Assembly (NCBI RefSeq): GCF_900079115.1 | Contig: NZ_LT549890.1 | Location: 2,190,001-2,222,000, forward strand | Direction: 5' to 3' | Origin: Saccharolobus solfataricus | GTDB lineage: Archaea > Thermoproteota > Thermoprotei_A > Sulfolobales > Sulfolobaceae | DNA length: 32,000 nt | Shown here: positions 8,784 through 16,626 of the stretch, piece by piece | Numbering within the stretch: the first letter of the stretch is position 1 | Layout of the letters: each line of letters opens with the position of its first letter | Position numbers and translations under genes: made by a program | Notes under the pieces: generated by a model | What the model saw: only the letters and a program-made list of their open reading frames with translations | The model's database searches: none | What the model was told of the DNA's origin: nothing

Positions 8784-9596
8784 ATGTCTTATAATGTGTT
8801 CGATGTATTAAGGGAGCTAGATTCCATTGTAGATTTTGCTAGAGCTAAATTACAGTGGGATATTTTATTTTTCATAAATTCTAGGGGGCCTTCATCCATT
8901 TCAGAAATAGCTGAAGGTACCAATAACAGCAAAAAAGCGGTAATAGATGCTATAAGGAAACTAGTAGAAAAGGAACTGATTATTAAGGTTAAGTATGACG
9001 TCTATGATTTATCCGAGAAGGGAAAGCAAGTATTAAATAAACTCAATTACTTTACATCTCATACAGTATCTACCCAAAAAAGTGTTGATGGCGATAATAA
9101 TGTATTATCAAATAATGCAGATAACCCTTCACAGAATTACTATTTGTTAGAACTAATAAAGATGTCTTTGCTTAATAACGGTACCTTACCTATTGACAAA
9201 GTGAGTAGAGAATTGGGGATATCTAAACAGACAGTCAAGTACTATCTAGAATTATTCATGAGGAAGAAGATTTTTAAGAAGGTAAACAAGAAGAGCTTGT
9301 TAGGGAAGAGTGTTCAAACTGTTGTACTTACTAGTGAGGGTAGAAAAATAGCTTACAAGGTACCTAGTCTAATTAAAATAAGGAATAACTTATTTCTAAG
9401 ACTACTATTAAAAATAACTTTTAGTATAAGTTATGAATCAGCTTTGATGAAGCTTATGGTTTTCTTCGCATTATCTTCACCCATAATAATATATTATGAT
9501 GGCGATCCACCCGTTCGTATACTTGGCATTGTATGGTTATATATGCTGGTCTTCACCTCACTATTGAGTATATTCGCCTATTTAACAATGAGATAG
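8784..9596 (+). CDS. arnR: Membrane-anchored HTH transcription regulator, ArnR-like (archaellum regulatory network activator)
   Basis: 270 aa with an N-terminal winged-HTH-like region (ISEIAEGTNNSKKAVIDAIRKLVEKELI) and a second HTH (IDKVSRELGISKQTVKYYLELF). Two C-terminal TM helices follow. This matches the published ArnR architecture, and ArnR is encoded next to the fla operon in Sulfolobales. Confidence 0.6.
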   Translation: MSYNVFDVLRELDSIVDFARAKLQWDILFFINSRGPSSISEIAEGTNNSKKAVIDAIRKLVEKELIIKVKYDVYDLSEKGKQVLNKLNYFTSHTVSTQKSVDGDNNVLSNNADNPSQNYYLLELIKMSLLNNGTLPIDKVSRELGISKQTVKYYLELFMRKKIFKKVNKKSLLGKSVQTVVLTSEGRKIAYKVPSLIKIRNNLFLRLLLKITFSISYESALMKLMVFFALSSPIIIYYDGDPPVRILGIVWLYMLVFTSLLSIFAYLTMR

Positions 9597-9609
9597 GTGA
9601 TGGTCACAT

Positions 9610-10098
9610 ATGGAGTTAATTAATGTCAGTCTTCTATATTTGGTAACGGGAAATTATACTCATTATCTTATGTTGATTACTATACTTAATGTAAGCAAAA
9701 ATTTTGCAATTATAAACATGACTGAGATAAGTCATAACATTACATTATCATATGTGGTAGCCTATCCAATTTTCCTTCTTTACATACCAAACGTAACGCA
9801 ACAAAGTATAGTCACTCAGTTCGAGGGAATCAGCACTACCATTGTTAACATACTTAACTTTACGATTTATGTTGATGTATACAATAGCATAGTTGTCCAT
9901 TACATAGGAAACGGAATTAATGTAACTCTAATTGGAGCTACAATTCCCCTAGGGCCAGGAGTCTACAAACCAATCCCTTCCTATATATTAGGTCACCAAA
10001 GAACTGGTAGTACCGTAGAAGAATACGAGATATTTCTTCTTACAATTGTGCTAGTAGTTTCGTTCTACGTTATATTCGAGAGGATGAATAAAAAATGA
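9610..10098 (+). CDS. Hypothetical protein with a C-terminal TM anchor; paralog of 5989-6474
   Basis: 162 aa with 8 N-x-S/T sequons and a C-terminal TM helix (IFLLTIVLVVSFYVIF). It has the same size and layout as 5989-6474. Confidence 0.55.
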   Translation: MELINVSLLYLVTGNYTHYLMLITILNVSKNFAIINMTEISHNITLSYVVAYPIFLLYIPNVTQQSIVTQFEGISTTIVNILNFTIYVDVYNSIVVHYIGNGINVTLIGATIPLGPGVYKPIPSYILGHQRTGSTVEEYEIFLLTIVLVVSFYVIFERMNKK

Positions 10099-10277
10099 AA
10101 ATATATAATCTCGGAAGAGCTTTAGTTTTGACTGGTATAATAGAGTTAATATTGGCTTCTCTTTTTTATTCTGATAAGAAAGTTATTTTATCAGTATTAT
10201 TGGGGGATTATTCGTATTTTTGTCTACTTATCGGTGTTATAGTTATAGCCGTATATGGAGCTATAACTAAGAATTAA
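10095..10277 (+). CDS. Small two-TM membrane protein
   Basis: 60 aa. ATGA start/stop overlap with the upstream gene, and two hydrophobic helices. Confidence 0.4.
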   Translation: MKIYNLGRALVLTGIIELILASLFYSDKKVILSVLLGDYSYFCLLIGVIVIAVYGAITKN

Positions 10278-10460
10278 TGTTTTTGAATTATGGAAACTAT
10301 TTTATTCTCCAATCTTCTACATGTTTTGGGAGTTTGTCGTAATCTTTTATGAGTGTGAGCACAAATTTCATTCATTTGAGACTTAGTTTAAGTTCCCCTA
10401 ATATCACTTTTCCTCAAATGCTTTAATTGCGTAACAAAACTTTTTGAAAAAGTTAAAAAT

Positions 10461-10624
10461 GGGAGATTCAGAGATCCATTGGGAATTCACTTTATTTTAA
10501 AGATTACTACGAAATTAACTAAATGAAGACGATTAACTAGCAGAGATGCATGACTACTAATGTTAACATCTTTACAACCGCATTATTTACAAATTACAAT
10601 TCGCAAAGGAGAACTGAATCATCC
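10461..10624 (+). mobile_element. MITE copy A (164 bp)
   Basis: Termini GGGAGATTCAG... and ...CTGAATCATCC form an imperfect TIR. Perfect 8-bp TSD TTAAAAAT at 10453-10460 and 10625-10632. No ORF. Homologous copies lie at 13175-13339 and 16846-17008. Confidence 0.85.
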
Positions 10625-10910
10625 TTAAAAATTGTTACATCTTCTCTTTTTCAGCATTCAAATCCTATGTTAAATTGAAAATAAACTAATACTTTATAAG
10701 GAATTATACTAAATTAACAAAATTATTGCCCACTCTCTCTTTTATCGTAGATCTGTTAAAATTACGGGTATAATTGATGATATTAATATATGTTTCTAGT
10801 TGTAGATTAGCTATATTTAATTATTATTTAATATATTCTTGAGATAGCGTTTTATAAGTAATAATGAAGACTTATAACCTATAACTAGTAATATCTATAG
10901 GGGATAATTT

Positions 10911-11129
10911 GTGGAAAAGATAGTGAAAGTTAATGATACCACTTATATACTAGAAAATGAACGATCGGTTGTTATAACATTCAAACTAGAAGAAAATAAT
11001 TTGAGTACTGTCGATGAAATTGTGAAGAAATTAGGTTATGAGCATAGGAGCGATTTCATTAGAGATGCCATAGAGAAATATATAAGCTATCTTAAGTCAA
11101 GCAGTAATAACAGTAAAAAGGATTATTAA
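10911..11129 (+). CDS. Ribbon-helix-helix (CopG/Arc/MetJ-type) DNA-binding protein
   Basis: 72 aa with a GTG start preceded by AGGGGAT. RHH pattern: a beta strand (VVITFKLEE) followed by helices (LSTVDEIVKKLGYEHRSDFIRDAIEKYISYL). Confidence 0.65.
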   Translation: MEKIVKVNDTTYILENERSVVITFKLEENNLSTVDEIVKKLGYEHRSDFIRDAIEKYISYLKSSSNNSKKDY

Positions 11130-11254
11130 TGAATAATTAAGTTAAATTAATATAATTTAGTTTAATGAGGTATATATTAAAGAAACATAGACAAGGGAAA
11201 TTAAAAAGCTCCACATAGCTAAGGTATGATTCTGAAAATATAAGAATGGCGCTG

Positions 11255-12275
11255 CTTTGTGGATTGCTTCAGAATTGTACAAAAAGTTTATAGATTATTC
11301 GTTAAGTATTACCTATGGGAAAGAGTAAGTACAAGAGGGACTGGAGCAAGTACGACGAGAACGTCATAACTAGATATAAGTTGATGTTCCCCTTCTACGT
11401 ATTCGAACATTGGTGGGACTTATTAGCAGAGGAGAACAGGAACGCTAGGACAAAGTATAAAGCCTAAAGGAGTTCAACGAATTCCTAGCATTCTTACACA
11501 TCTTCCTACCTTGCAATAGAAGGAGTATTAAGAGCCTTAGAACAATTGAAGATCATCCCCACAAGCCTCGAACAATATGGGAGAGAGTGAGGAACATGAA
11601 CATAACCTTCCCCGAGACAAGTGATGAACTTGAAGTAATTGCAGACGCTACCGGCATTAGCACAAACACGGGAGGACAATACATTGTTGCCAAGTGGGGT
11701 AAGACTAGGGATTCAAAATTCCTCAAGATCGAGATAGTAATGGACAATAACGAATTCAACGTGGTAAACGCTGAGGTCACTAGCAACGAGGTTGAAAGTG
11801 TAAAAACAGTTAAGGATCTTCAAGATAAGGGAAAGAAGTTTTATGGAGATAAGACATATGACGTCAATGAGGTTTACAAGACCGGAGTTGAGGTTGTAGT
11901 TCCTCCCAAGAAGAACGCTTCTACTAAACGCCATCTTGCTAGACGTAAGGCTGTGCGGGAGTTTAGGAAGTTGGGTTATGATCGTTGGAGGGAGGAGAAG
12001 GGTTATGGCGTTAGGTGGAGGGTCGAGTCCTTGTTCTCTGCGGTGAGGCGTACTTTTGGGGAATCGGTTAGGCAAGTTTTGCTGGGCAAGTAGTTGAGGC
12101 TAAGCTCAAGTTCTGGGCTTACGCGTGGATGGTTCACTTGGCGAATTCTGTAGTCGGTAGGACTCAAGCATTAGGGTGTAAGCTTGAGAAGAACGTTGAA
12201 ATAAATATTAATTACTGAAAAAATTAGTGTTATACAATATCGTTTTAATGAGACAAATTGAACGAATCAACAAAG
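11255..12275 (+). mobile_element. Decayed IS5-family-like insertion sequence of ~1.02 kb. It resembles the Sulfolobus ISC1058 type (name from memory).
   Basis: Imperfect TIRs: CTTTGTGGATTGCTTCAGAATTGTAC (11255-) versus the reverse complement of 12252-12275, CTTTGTTGATTCGTTCAATTTGTC. The interior carries a frameshifted DDE transposase. Confidence 0.65.
11315..12218 (+). pseudogene. DDE transposase (IS4/IS5 superfamily) broken by several frameshifts and a stop
   Basis: MGKSKYKRDWSKYDENVITRYKLMFPFYVFEHWWDLLAEENRNARTKYKA stops at 11465. It continues in other frames: KEFNEFLAFLHIF, LAIEGVLRALEQLKIIPTSL, then ORF 11587-12093 (YGDKTYD..., RWRVESLFSAVRRTFGESV), then VEAKLKFWAYAWMVHLANSVVGR to TGA 12216-12218. 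Confidence 0.8.
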
Positions 12276-12333
12276 TAGAATAACGCATAAAATTTTTATT
12301 TTGCAATGGAGAAGAGTTTTGAGGTTTGTAAAT

Positions 12334-13071
12334 ATGGAAGTCGTTTATGTACTTGGAGTGAAAGGCGGTATAGGTAAAACAACCTTCTCTCTTTATTTTG
12401 CTAATCAGCTATCTTTAACGGGTAAAAAAGTATTGTATATCGATCATGATTATTTTTCCTTTGGATCCTTAATATTGGGGCATAATGATCTTGGACTACT
12501 TGAGGAGATCGAAAATAATTTACCAATATTTTCAAGAAGTTTGAAAAACATCAATAATCTCTACATTTTAAAACTTTTTTCAAACCCTTTAGATGCTAAC
12601 AAGGATTATTCTTTATTAAGCAACAGTATTCCTCAAGTTGTAAATAGCATTGCTAAGATGGGATTGGATTATGTTATTTTAGATTCTTCAGTAGGTATAC
12701 TTCCAGATAATGATATTGTGATCGGATTACTAGAAGAGTTAGATGTAGAGAAAAAAGGAGTATTCTTAAGTGATATGTTATCTGTAAATTCTACTATAAA
12801 ATATGCTAAACTGTGGGAAAATGCGATAAAATATAAGATATTAGTTATAAATATGGTTCCGCCAATACCAGAGGACTTATCTGAAGCTATGAAAATTGCA
12901 AATAAAGTCTATGATGATAATAATAGCAAGTTATTCAATACTGTTGTAGTTGTTCCATTTGACGAGAAAATGTATAACTATAAACCATTAGGCAATGAAT
13001 ATGAAAATGAGAGACTCAATACTATATTATCATGTATTGTTAATAGATGTAATACTCTTATAATAAACTAG
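12334..13071 (+). CDS. ParA/MinD-superfamily (deviant Walker A) ATPase, paralog 1
   Basis: MEVVYVLGVKGGIGKTTF (KGGxGKT), A' VLYIDHD and Walker B YVILDSS. I prefer the ATG at 12334 (GAGGT 8 nt upstream) over the track start at 12301. It shares FLSDMLSVNSTIKYAKLWEN..ILVINMV and VPFDEKMYNY with paralog 3. Confidence 0.8.
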   Translation: MEVVYVLGVKGGIGKTTFSLYFANQLSLTGKKVLYIDHDYFSFGSLILGHNDLGLLEEIENNLPIFSRSLKNINNLYILKLFSNPLDANKDYSLLSNSIPQVVNSIAKMGLDYVILDSSVGILPDNDIVIGLLEELDVEKKGVFLSDMLSVNSTIKYAKLWENAIKYKILVINMVPPIPEDLSEAMKIANKVYDDNNSKLFNTVVVVPFDEKMYNYKPLGNEYENERLNTILSCIVNRCNTLIIN

Positions 13072-13174
13072 ATATTGCTAAATTATATGTGTTAAATATC
13101 TATAGGAAAATTTTATTTATGAGAAATGGAATTTATAAGATTATATGCAAAAATATTTGTTCTTTACCACTTAA

Positions 13175-13339
13175 GGGCGATTCAGTTCTCCTTTGCGAAT
13201 TGTAATTTGTAAATAATGCGGTTGTAAAAATGTTAACATTGGTAATCATGTGTCCTCTATTACTCGGTCATCTTCATTCAGTTAAATTCGTAGCAATCTT
13301 TAAAATAAAGTGGATATACAATGGGTAATTGAATCTCTC
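13175..13339 (-). mobile_element. MITE copy B (165 bp), inverted relative to copy A
   Basis: Its reverse complement aligns with copy A along the full length, and the last ~65 nt are nearly identical. Perfect 8-bp TSD CCACTTAA at 13167-13174 and 13340-13347. Confidence 0.85.
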
Positions 13340-13459
13340 CCACTTAAATGTCGAGTTAGATTACGTTTAGCGATTATATAAAATTAAACTTGGTCTCCAA
13401 ATATATATATAATATACTATAAACAAAAAAAAAAAAGAGAGAGATTTTTCTAGAGTAGA

Positions 13460-13466
13460 TTTATAA
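13460..13466 (+). promoter_or_regulatory. TATA box (TTTATAA) for paralog 2, leaderless spacing
   Basis: Centred about 28 nt upstream of the ATG at 13491. Confidence 0.45.
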
Positions 13467-13490
13467 GGTTGTTTACGTTAATAGAAATAG

Positions 13491-14258
13491 ATGATAAGGA
13501 TAAATGTTGTCGGTTTTAAAGGTGGTTCTGGAAAATCTACTATATCATATCATTTAGCCAGACAGCTAAGTGAGTATTATAATGTAGTACTTGTTGATAA
13601 GACATATTCTGGAACTATAAGCCGGATATATAACATAAACAATAATATCTTTTCCTTTCTGAAAGGAAGGAACGAGTTGTTCTATATTAATAAGAATAAC
13701 CTTTCAGTTATAAATATGTCCTTTTTGAATGAGGATGATCTAAATGGTATTGACTTTAACGCATTCAAATACTTATATAGCAAATTAACAAAGGATAGCG
13801 ATATAGTCATTGTAGATCATTCATCTATCCCTCATGATTTCGCAACTGAGATAGAATTGAAGGCATTTATGGAAAATTTTAGAAACTTCGCATATAATAC
13901 AGTACTTGTTCTTAGTGGAGATGAGATTCCAATAAAAAAATATTTAAACTATACCGTACTGTTAAACGATTTTGTAAAGAATTATGCTGAGAAAATCTTA
14001 GGTATTTCTTTACCAACTGATGTAAAATTTCTAAAAATCGTAGCAGTGATTATAAACAAAATTCTTAAAGGTCAAGAAAGTAAGTTGGAGGAGTTCATAA
14101 GAGGAGATGAGATACTGCAAAGATCTGCCAGATTCATAATTCCCTATTATCTTTCTCTCACACAAAGACATTTCAAGGATATTGATCCTCCTAAAGAGAT
14201 AAGTGATATTACAAGATATATATTAGACTTCTTAAGAGAGCCAACCTCAATTTTATGA
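13491..14258 (+). CDS. ParA/MinD-superfamily (deviant Walker A) ATPase, paralog 2
   Basis: MIRINVVGFKGGSGKSTI. The A' box is VVLVDKT, where the second Asp is replaced by Thr. Walker B is IVIVDHS, and it shares TISR[IV] with paralog 3. 255 aa. Confidence 0.75.
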   Translation: MIRINVVGFKGGSGKSTISYHLARQLSEYYNVVLVDKTYSGTISRIYNINNNIFSFLKGRNELFYINKNNLSVINMSFLNEDDLNGIDFNAFKYLYSKLTKDSDIVIVDHSSIPHDFATEIELKAFMENFRNFAYNTVLVLSGDEIPIKKYLNYTVLLNDFVKNYAEKILGISLPTDVKFLKIVAVIINKILKGQESKLEEFIRGDEILQRSARFIIPYYLSLTQRHFKDIDPPKEISDITRYILDFLREPTSIL

Positions 14259-15248
14259 TACTTGTAGCATTATTCTCCCTTCTCTATTTTCGTTCATAAT
14301 CTCTTTTACCGCCTCTACACCTTCATCTAACTTGTAAGTTTTGTGGACTTTTACCTTGCAATCCTTACACAGATTTATTAATTCCATTAGTTCCTTCCTA
14401 GATCCCCCCGTGGTTCCAACTACCTTTATATGCCTTCCGTATAGGGAGCTTAGATTTACCTTCACTTCACTTCCAGTTAAAGTTCCAAAGAACGCCAATT
14501 GACCATCTAAACCTAGAACCTGTAAGCTATTTTCCCACATTGAGGAGCCTAAGGAGTTTATTACTACATCGGCCATTTTCCCATTGGTTATTTCTTTAAC
14601 CTTTTGCACTACATCATCATATCCTACTATGTAATCTGCACCAAACTCTTTTAACCAGTTCTTTCTTGAAACCGCTATAACTGTTGCCCCGAACTTTTTA
14701 GCTAGTTGTACTGCGAAAAGTCCGGTATTGCCACTCGCACCAAATATTACTATAATATCGTTAGGGCCTACTTCTAATTCTTTTAGAGAATGGTATGAAG
14801 TTAGAGCTGCTACGGGTAAGCTAGCGGCGACATCCCAACTCATACTTTCCGGAATTTTGAAAATGTTTTTATCTGGAACCGAAAAGTATTCTGACCATCC
14901 GCCGTTAGTTATGACACTCATTATCCCGCCGTTTCTACATAACATTTCCCTTCCAGATAGGCATAAATCACAAGTACCATCAAATACTCTATTGTACACT
15001 ACTACCTTATCCCCCTTATTTAATCCTTTTACATGATCCCCCACTTTTTCAACTACTCCAGCTAGTTCTGCTCCGGGGATATGGGGCATTGGAGTAACTG
15101 GAATTGCGTTAATAACAAAGTAATCTATGGGGTTTAAACCAGATTTAACTACTCTTATCAAAACGTCATGCGGACCTAATTGTGGTTCTTGAACTTCTTT
15201 TACCTTGAGATTTTCTAAACCACTCTTGTCGAAAACTAGGGCTTTCAT
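14253..15248 (-). CDS. Zinc-type alcohol dehydrogenase / MDR-family oxidoreductase
   Basis: MKALVFDKSG... with HIPGAELAGVVEKVG, the structural-Zn Cys cluster GTCDLCLSGREMLC, and the Rossmann motif IFGASGNTG. I prefer the ATG at 15248 over the track start at 15269. The 3' end overlaps paralog 2 convergently by 6 nt. Confidence 0.85.
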   Translation of the reverse strand: MKALVFDKSGLENLKVKEVQEPQLGPHDVLIRVVKSGLNPIDYFVINAIPVTPMPHIPGAELAGVVEKVGDHVKGLNKGDKVVVYNRVFDGTCDLCLSGREMLCRNGGIMSVITNGGWSEYFSVPDKNIFKIPESMSWDVAASLPVAALTSYHSLKELEVGPNDIIVIFGASGNTGLFAVQLAKKFGATVIAVSRKNWLKEFGADYIVGYDDVVQKVKEITNGKMADVVINSLGSSMWENSLQVLGLDGQLAFFGTLTGSEVKVNLSSLYGRHIKVVGTTGGSRKELMELINLCKDCKVKVHKTYKLDEGVEAVKEIMNENREGRIMLQVS

Positions 15249-15300
15249 AAGAGTTAGTCTTATCTGCAATATAAATCGGTTACTTAACTTTAGGTAACTA

Positions 15301-15660
15301 CTATCCTCTTATTCCTATCTTAGCCTTATTCTTAAAGCTAATATACTCATACGCTAGGCTTACGAAATCTTCATCAGCCTCTTCGCACTTCTTCTTTATT
15401 GTAATGTATCTCAAGGTCTCTAATTCTACAGATGTTAAGTTAGTTATGTATAAAAATATATTTGTTGGCTTGTGTAATAAAATGGCTTCAGCTCCTTTAA
15501 GTACAAATAGGTGGAGTTTTTCTCCATCCTCCTCTTCAATAACCTGTAGATTAATTGGAAAATTAGTTATCTTTTTTATCCATAGGTTCTCTAGCATTAT
15601 TACTTCTTCATTGTCGTTTAACTTTTCAATGTTTTTAACAAATTTCTCAATCACACTCAT
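15301..15660 (-). CDS. Small acidic hypothetical protein (~119 aa), divergent from ATPase paralog 3
   Basis: I prefer the start MSVIEKFVKNIEKL... at 15660, which has a TATATAAAA box about 24 nt upstream. The longer track ORF adds an Ile/Asn-rich N-extension that overlaps the paralog 3 start. An alpha/beta pattern is predicted by eye. Confidence 0.5.
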   Translation of the reverse strand: MSVIEKFVKNIEKLNDNEEVIMLENLWIKKITNFPINLQVIEEEDGEKLHLFVLKGAEAILLHKPTNIFLYITNLTSVELETLRYITIKKKCEEADEDFVSLAYEYISFKNKAKIGIRG

Positions 15661-15748
15661 GAGCGTTATACAATACGTTTTATATACTTTTAAGTTTGAA
15701 GCGGAAAAATTATTAAACGAGATATAGAGTATTACATAGAGAGAATTA

Positions 15749-16369
15749 TTGATAACGAATATCATCAGACTTTTGAGTATTAAAGGAGGTGTTGGTAAAA
15801 GCTCTATAGCTTATGCGTTAGCGAGAATTATCTCTGCTTCTGGGTACAAGGTATTATTTTTAGATATGGACAACCTTCACACTATTTCAAGAGTATTGGG
15901 AGTTAAGGATTGTGAGCTAACATATACAAGAGATTTTTTCGTATTTGCATGTGATGATTTTAGTAAGATTTCGTTTAATAGCTATGAATATGTGATAATT
16001 GATACTTATTCTGGGATCTCTAGTGAAACGCTTTCAGCTATTAGCGGGGATCATGTTTACAATATTTTTATTTCAGACTTTTCTTCTATTGATAATACTT
16101 TAAATTATATAAAGGAGTGGAATGGTAAGAAAACTACTAATTTTTTAGTTGTAAATATGGTCATAAGGGAAGATAATGAGAATGATATTTTATTAAGAAG
16201 GTTTTTCGATTCTTTACTCCTTAAAATTAATGTGGCGATAAATAAGATATTTTTATTTTTCTTTGATGAAAATTATTATGGATCTTATAAAGTTGATCTA
16301 AATCATATAGAACTCTTAGCTAGTTATGTACTAGGTGAAATGAGTGAATCTGATCTAAACTTAGGATAA
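15749..16369 (+). CDS. ParA/MinD-superfamily (deviant Walker A) ATPase, paralog 3
   Basis: TTG start. LLSIKGGVGKSSIAYALA, A' VLFLDMD, Walker B YVIIDTY, FISDFSSIDNTLNYIKEWNG..FLVVNMV. 206 aa. Confidence 0.75.
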   Translation: MITNIIRLLSIKGGVGKSSIAYALARIISASGYKVLFLDMDNLHTISRVLGVKDCELTYTRDFFVFACDDFSKISFNSYEYVIIDTYSGISSETLSAISGDHVYNIFISDFSSIDNTLNYIKEWNGKKTTNFLVVNMVIREDNENDILLRRFFDSLLLKINVAINKIFLFFFDENYYGSYKVDLNHIELLASYVLGEMSESDLNLG

Positions 16370-16626
16370 GTAATACCATTTTTTAGTATTACTACCAAGG
16401 AATCTTTGCCGTCTACTTTCAATTCAACATATTTTTTGACAACTATCAAGGCTTTTAAAAGAACGCAGTGATAATTAGGATATGGGTAATAAAGTTTTCA
16501 CATTTGGTGATATCAGAATTAGGGAAGTTAAGGGAAAGTATTATGTTTACTTAATAGAGAAGGACTCAGAAGGTAAGAGAAGGGATAATTATGTAGGTCC
16601 TTTAGATGAAATCGTTAAAGGGTATA

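Noticed and set aside
10278-10460. Possible further IS/att remnant in the non-coding stretch before MITE A (GGGAGTTTGTCG and GATTACGA resemble the IS terminus or IS interior)
   Set aside because: The similarity is limited to 8-12 nt and is not collinear with either the ISC1173-type element or the tRNA att sequence. It is consistent with chance.
10911-11129. RHH gene as the antitoxin of a VapBC/RelBE-type toxin-antitoxin pair
   Set aside because: No toxin-sized ORF overlaps or follows it. There are 125 bp of non-coding DNA and then the IS. It is kept as an orphan RHH regulator. A lost toxin cannot be excluded.
11587-12093. 168-aa ORF as a functional transposase
   Set aside because: It lacks the N-terminal third, which is found in other frames after a stop at 11465, and the C-terminal segment, which is found in another frame up to 12218. 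It is a multiply frameshifted pseudogene.
12301-12333. Track start codons giving N-terminal extensions (12301 for paralog 1, 15269 for the ADH, 15765 for the small protein, 21038 for the hypothetical)
   Set aside because: Internal ATGs give N-termini that match the family norms: Walker A near residue 10, and MKALVF for MDR dehydrogenases. They also remove overlaps with neighbouring genes and have better promoter or SD context.
5900-16480. Search for an Int(C) fragment or a second att copy that would delimit the integrated element
   Set aside because: I found no plus-strand ORF with tyrosine-recombinase motifs and no second occurrence of the tRNA T-arm/acceptor sequence (GGGATTTGAACCC) by eye. 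The left border therefore cannot be placed within the window. A computational repeat search is needed to be certain.
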